Source of the DNA: an uncultured virus (IMG/VR IMGVR_UViG_3300017963_004045)
Taxonomy: Duplodnaviria; Heunggongvirae; Uroviricota; Caudoviricetes
Virus record (IMG/VR): IMGVR_UViG_3300017963_004045
Reading direction: 5' to 3' (one strand)
Length of the DNA: 20,000 bases
Positions 17,485 through 20,000 of the stretch are shown here, in pieces. Each line of letters opens with the position of its first letter. Within the stretch, counting starts at the first letter, position 1. The notes beneath the pieces are model-generated. The model did not search any database and had not been told where the DNA came from. It worked only from the letters and a program-made list of their open reading frames with translations. The position numbers and the translations under genes were made by a program.

Positions 17485-17823
17485 ATGACAGAGACCGAGA
17501 ATAAGATAGAACCAGATTGCTATCCATTGCGTGAGCATATTGGTCATAAAATAAGGCTCGTAAAATACGCACTGGACGGTATGGTATTGAATTGCTATGA
17601 TAAGCAATGCCCAGATAACGAAGGGGAAGGCACAGACCTTATGGAATGCTATCCCCCAGAGACCTACGGAGAGGATGAGCCAAAGAATGTCGCTGAGCAT
17701 GATAGGGCTTGGTATCCGAAACTCAGGAAGCACTATCGCCACCCCCTCGAAATCCGAGAGGATGGAGAAGAGGTGCAGTTGTTCTGCAAAAGGTGTTCTG
17801 AGGTCATATTCGCACAAAAGTAA
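17485..17823 (+). CDS. Cys/His-rich hypothetical protein
   Basis: HIGH...C....C and HYRH...CKRC half-repeats. Bounded by a motif on each side. Confidence 0.7.
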   Translation: MTETENKIEPDCYPLREHIGHKIRLVKYALDGMVLNCYDKQCPDNEGEGTDLMECYPPETYGEDEPKNVAEHDRAWYPKLRKHYRHPLEIREDGEEVQLFCKRCSEVIFAQK

Positions 17824-17837
17824 CGGGTGTTGATTAA

Positions 17838-18317
17838 ATGAAGATACTGGTAGCGACAAAAGAGACTCAGGGCTATATGCAGAATGACTTCAATGATGTG
17901 CCCGATTACGAGCCAGTGAGATTTGCGGATAATATCAATCGATACATGATTGGAATACACTGTATCAAGGGCACGACCACTATTAAAGTAATCAATGTCA
18001 ATATATCTTTCAATGAGTTTTACCAGATGATATTAAATTCAAGAATAAAAGAAGAGCAAATGCGAAGCGTCATATTGAATAATAATGACATACCACCGCT
18101 TACGGATGAGATAAAGAAATCATTATTATTCGACACCCACGAGATATGCAGGATTGCAAACCAGTATCCAGTGGGCACAATATTAGAATATCACTCAAAC
18201 CCCACCAGACACTTCAAGATTAGGCAGAAGGAGAATGAGCCAGACATGGAAACGGCAAAGATACCGCCACGAGCCGTTGGGGATAGCCAGAAGGAAGAAA
18301 AAGAGGCAGAAAGTTGA
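17838..18317 (+). CDS. Hypothetical protein, AT-rich coding sequence
   Basis: 159-aa ORF starting 5 nt after the motif. Confidence 0.7.
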   Translation: MKILVATKETQGYMQNDFNDVPDYEPVRFADNINRYMIGIHCIKGTTTIKVINVNISFNEFYQMILNSRIKEEQMRSVILNNNDIPPLTDEIKKSLLFDTHEICRIANQYPVGTILEYHSNPTRHFKIRQKENEPDMETAKIPPRAVGDSQKEEKEAES

Positions 18318-18356
18318 CTGCGAGGAGGCGGGAAACACATCAAACTCAACGAAATG

Positions 18357-18508
18357 TAACAGGCGTTGGAAGGCTCTCGTCAGAATAGCCAGACGGGTAA
18401 AAAGGGGAAAATCTTCATGCGAACATCACCCCACAACACGACTGCGATGAGGACATCCTCAATCGGAGTTGAGAGGTCGAACAAAGCCCTATCCAACGCC
18501 TGTTGGAT
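18357..18508. other. Motif-bracketed module 4 with exact terminal inverted repeats
   Basis: AACAGGCGTTGGA (18358-18370) is the reverse complement of TCCAACGCCTGTT (18492-18504). Short internal hairpins. Confidence 0.6.
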
Positions 18509-18521
18509 TTCCATCACCAGA

Positions 18522-18562
18522 GAAATATTTAAATAGGGAGAAAAAGGGAAATGCTTAAATAC
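18522..18562 (+). promoter_or_regulatory. Tandem putative BRE/TATA boxes
   Basis: GAAATATTTAAATAG (18522) and GAAATGCTTAAATAC (18548) are 26 bp apart, the same spacing as the pair at 8385/8411. Confidence 0.55.
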
Positions 18563-18919
18563 CGAACCCCTGTTAGTGTTATTGAGGAATTCGCATGGTG
18601 AGGGTAGCCAATCGAGTTTCGATGATTAGTCTGGACATGGGGCACGAACCGAAAAACCGTTTGAAAATGTGTGGCTCACTGGCTATCGTCAGACGATATG
18701 GTATTGTCCGCAATGAGACGAGAAGCGGAAAGACCAGTTGCCAGTCTGCCATTGGTGGCATGGCTCACATTGGAGAGACAGTGTTTGAACCCCAGATAAG
18801 ACGCACCCTTCGGAATGGTGTTCCAGTGCGTTTGGACGCTCCCGAAGGTTTCTGGGGTAGGCGTGATACCTCATGCCCAGAACCAAATTACCCAACAACC
18901 TAAAAGGAAGGTGAAAAAA

Positions 18920-19147
18920 ATGGAAGAAAAAATACCAGATGGATATAGTGTCTACGATAGAGAACGACATGGAAGCGACATGGTTGCCCTAAAGGAGTCA
19001 GGTCGCTTAGATGAACTATGCACCTGTTGTCATTTGAGGTCTCAGCATGGGGATACCTGTGGTGGACTGGCAGAGGGGCATGGCAGTTGTAATGAATGCG
19101 ACTGCCAGAAATACACATGGAAGGAGTTCTTGGTCAAGGACGAATGA
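18920..19147 (+). CDS. Small Cys/His-rich (Zn-binding) protein
   Basis: GGAAGGTGA SD before ATG 18920. Contains CTCCH....H...GHGSCNECDC, a pattern common in phage orphans. Confidence 0.75.
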   Translation: MEEKIPDGYSVYDRERHGSDMVALKESGRLDELCTCCHLRSQHGDTCGGLAEGHGSCNECDCQKYTWKEFLVKDE

Positions 19148-19228
19148 GCGACTCTGGAGGCGGGTGCATCACCGCTTTCCAGCGAAAAACGAGGTAAACT
19201 CGGACAATTCTAACGAGTGTTAAAGGAG

Positions 19229-19471
19229 GTGAATTCTATTCCAAAAGAACTGAAAATAAAAAACAAGGCTGAAGCAATAATCATCATGGAAGCACTGGAA
19301 ATAAAGGCAAGACAATCAAAACCCAAAGATTTAACAGATAAATTTGCAGACCTATTACAGAGAGTCAGAGACCTTTACAATCCTAATGGAACGACTGTTG
19401 AAATGATATTTTATTCGAGTTTCGACAAAAAAATCCAAGCGATAAGAGACAAGAAAGACGATTGGATATAA
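19229..19471 (+). CDS. Hypothetical protein, start codon ambiguous
   Basis: Perfect GGAGGTGA at 19225-19232. In-frame GTG at 19229 or ATT at 19238. Confidence 0.6.
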   Translation: MNSIPKELKIKNKAEAIIIMEALEIKARQSKPKDLTDKFADLLQRVRDLYNPNGTTVEMIFYSSFDKKIQAIRDKKDDWI

Positions 19472-19510
19472 TACCATAATTACGGAAGCCAATCAACAGG
19501 TGTTGGTCGA

Positions 19511-19915
19511 ATGGGAATTGACCATATAAGAGACTACAAAGACAATCTATCCAGAGACTTCAATATATCTCCCCCAAATGTCTACGCCAATAACGGTCAA
19601 GGGTGCGGGACAGTTTGGTATCCCACAGTGCCCGAAGCCCGTAAGGTCTTACAGAAATTCAGGGAACTGATGAAGAACGAAGAAGCAACCCCCGAAGGCT
19701 CAGACTCAGGGCTTTGTATCCTCTGCAAGTGCCATTACTCTTTCCACTCGGATGAGCATGGCGTTGCACTCCAAGACCACCTTTGCACGAAATGGAAGGA
19801 ACTCATGGCGAAGGGAGACTTCGAGGGAGCAAGAAAACTGGCACAGAAATTATTGGACAAGCACGAACACACCCTCCTGCAACTGCGGAAGGCTGAGAAA
19901 GACAGGAAAAACTAA
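19511..19915 (+). CDS. Hypothetical protein with CxxC..H..H motif
   Basis: ATG 5 nt after a motif. Its stop TAA begins the next motif. Confidence 0.75.
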   Translation: MGIDHIRDYKDNLSRDFNISPPNVYANNGQGCGTVWYPTVPEARKVLQKFRELMKNEEATPEGSDSGLCILCKCHYSFHSDEHGVALQDHLCTKWKELMAKGDFEGARKLAQKLLDKHEHTLLQLRKAEKDRKN

Positions 19916-19926
19916 CGGGTGTTGGC

Positions 19927-20000
19927 ATGACCAAAATTGAATACTCCAAAACCCATCAAGGTAAGACACACATACTTCACGCAACAGTAGAGAACAGACA
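19927..20000 (+). CDS. Hypothetical protein, 5' part only
   Basis: ATG 2 nt after the motif at 19913-19924. The frame MTKIEYSKTHQGKTHILHATVENR is open to the window end. Confidence 0.55.
   Translation, partial: MTKIEYSKTHQGKTHILHATVENR

Larger units (their letters stand above)
1054..19924. repeat. Dispersed 12-bp palindrome YAAC-RNNY-GTTR (at least 25 copies)
   Basis: Copies start at 1054, 2516, 5323, 6965, 8465, 8961, 9442, 11367, 12819, 13683, 13918, 14794, 14960, 15313, 15493, 16164, 16650, 16814, 17471, 17821, 18357, 18494, 19211, 19494 and 19913. Near-matches at 8203, 17143 and 18564. Confidence 0.9.

Noticed and set aside
8464..19118. Minus-strand ORFs in the right arm
   Set aside because: They are antisense shadows of better-supported plus-strand genes with SD motifs.
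8970..19219. ORF-track TTG/GTG starts at 8970, 11376, 13692, 15499, 16823 and 19217
   Set aside because: These codons lie inside the palindromic motif. In most cases an SD-supported or ATG start lies a few codons downstream.
8465..19924. Canonical integron with attC sites
   Set aside because: The AAC and GTT halves are only 4 bp apart rather than at the base of a >55-bp attC, sites occur in both orientations, and no IntI is in the window. Kept only as an analogy.
1054..19924. Motif as a Gram-positive LexA (GAAC-N4-GTTC) SOS box
   Set aside because: The outer bases are consistently Y...R, not G...C, and the expression signals look archaeal.

Overview
This window looks like part of an archaeal mobile element or virus. 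The basis is GGAGGTGA/GGAAGGTGA-type Shine-Dalgarno motifs, BRE/TATA promoters, mostly orphan genes and no housekeeping genes. No capsid, integrase or relaxase hallmark was recognised. Two gene arms diverge from a ~900-bp non-coding region (7626-8538) rich in short repeats and palindromes, a candidate origin/control region. The left arm (minus strand) encodes membrane/secreted proteins, coiled-coil proteins, a thioredoxin-fold protein and several DNA-binding proteins. The right arm (plus strand) has a Zn-ribbon protein, a Ycf46-like AAA+ ATPase/DUF1257-like/DUF2997-like/DUF6744-like module and then many small orphan genes. The main unexplained signals are: (1) a 12-bp palindrome YAAC-RNNY-GTTR found at least 25 times, mostly at gene junctions; (2) three, possibly four, ~150-190-bp non-coding modules bracketed by two copies of that palindrome, the three clear ones each holding a ~70-nt bulged hairpin with a C-GNA-G triloop at conserved spacing but with different sequence. 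All family assignments are by eye and were not checked against databases.
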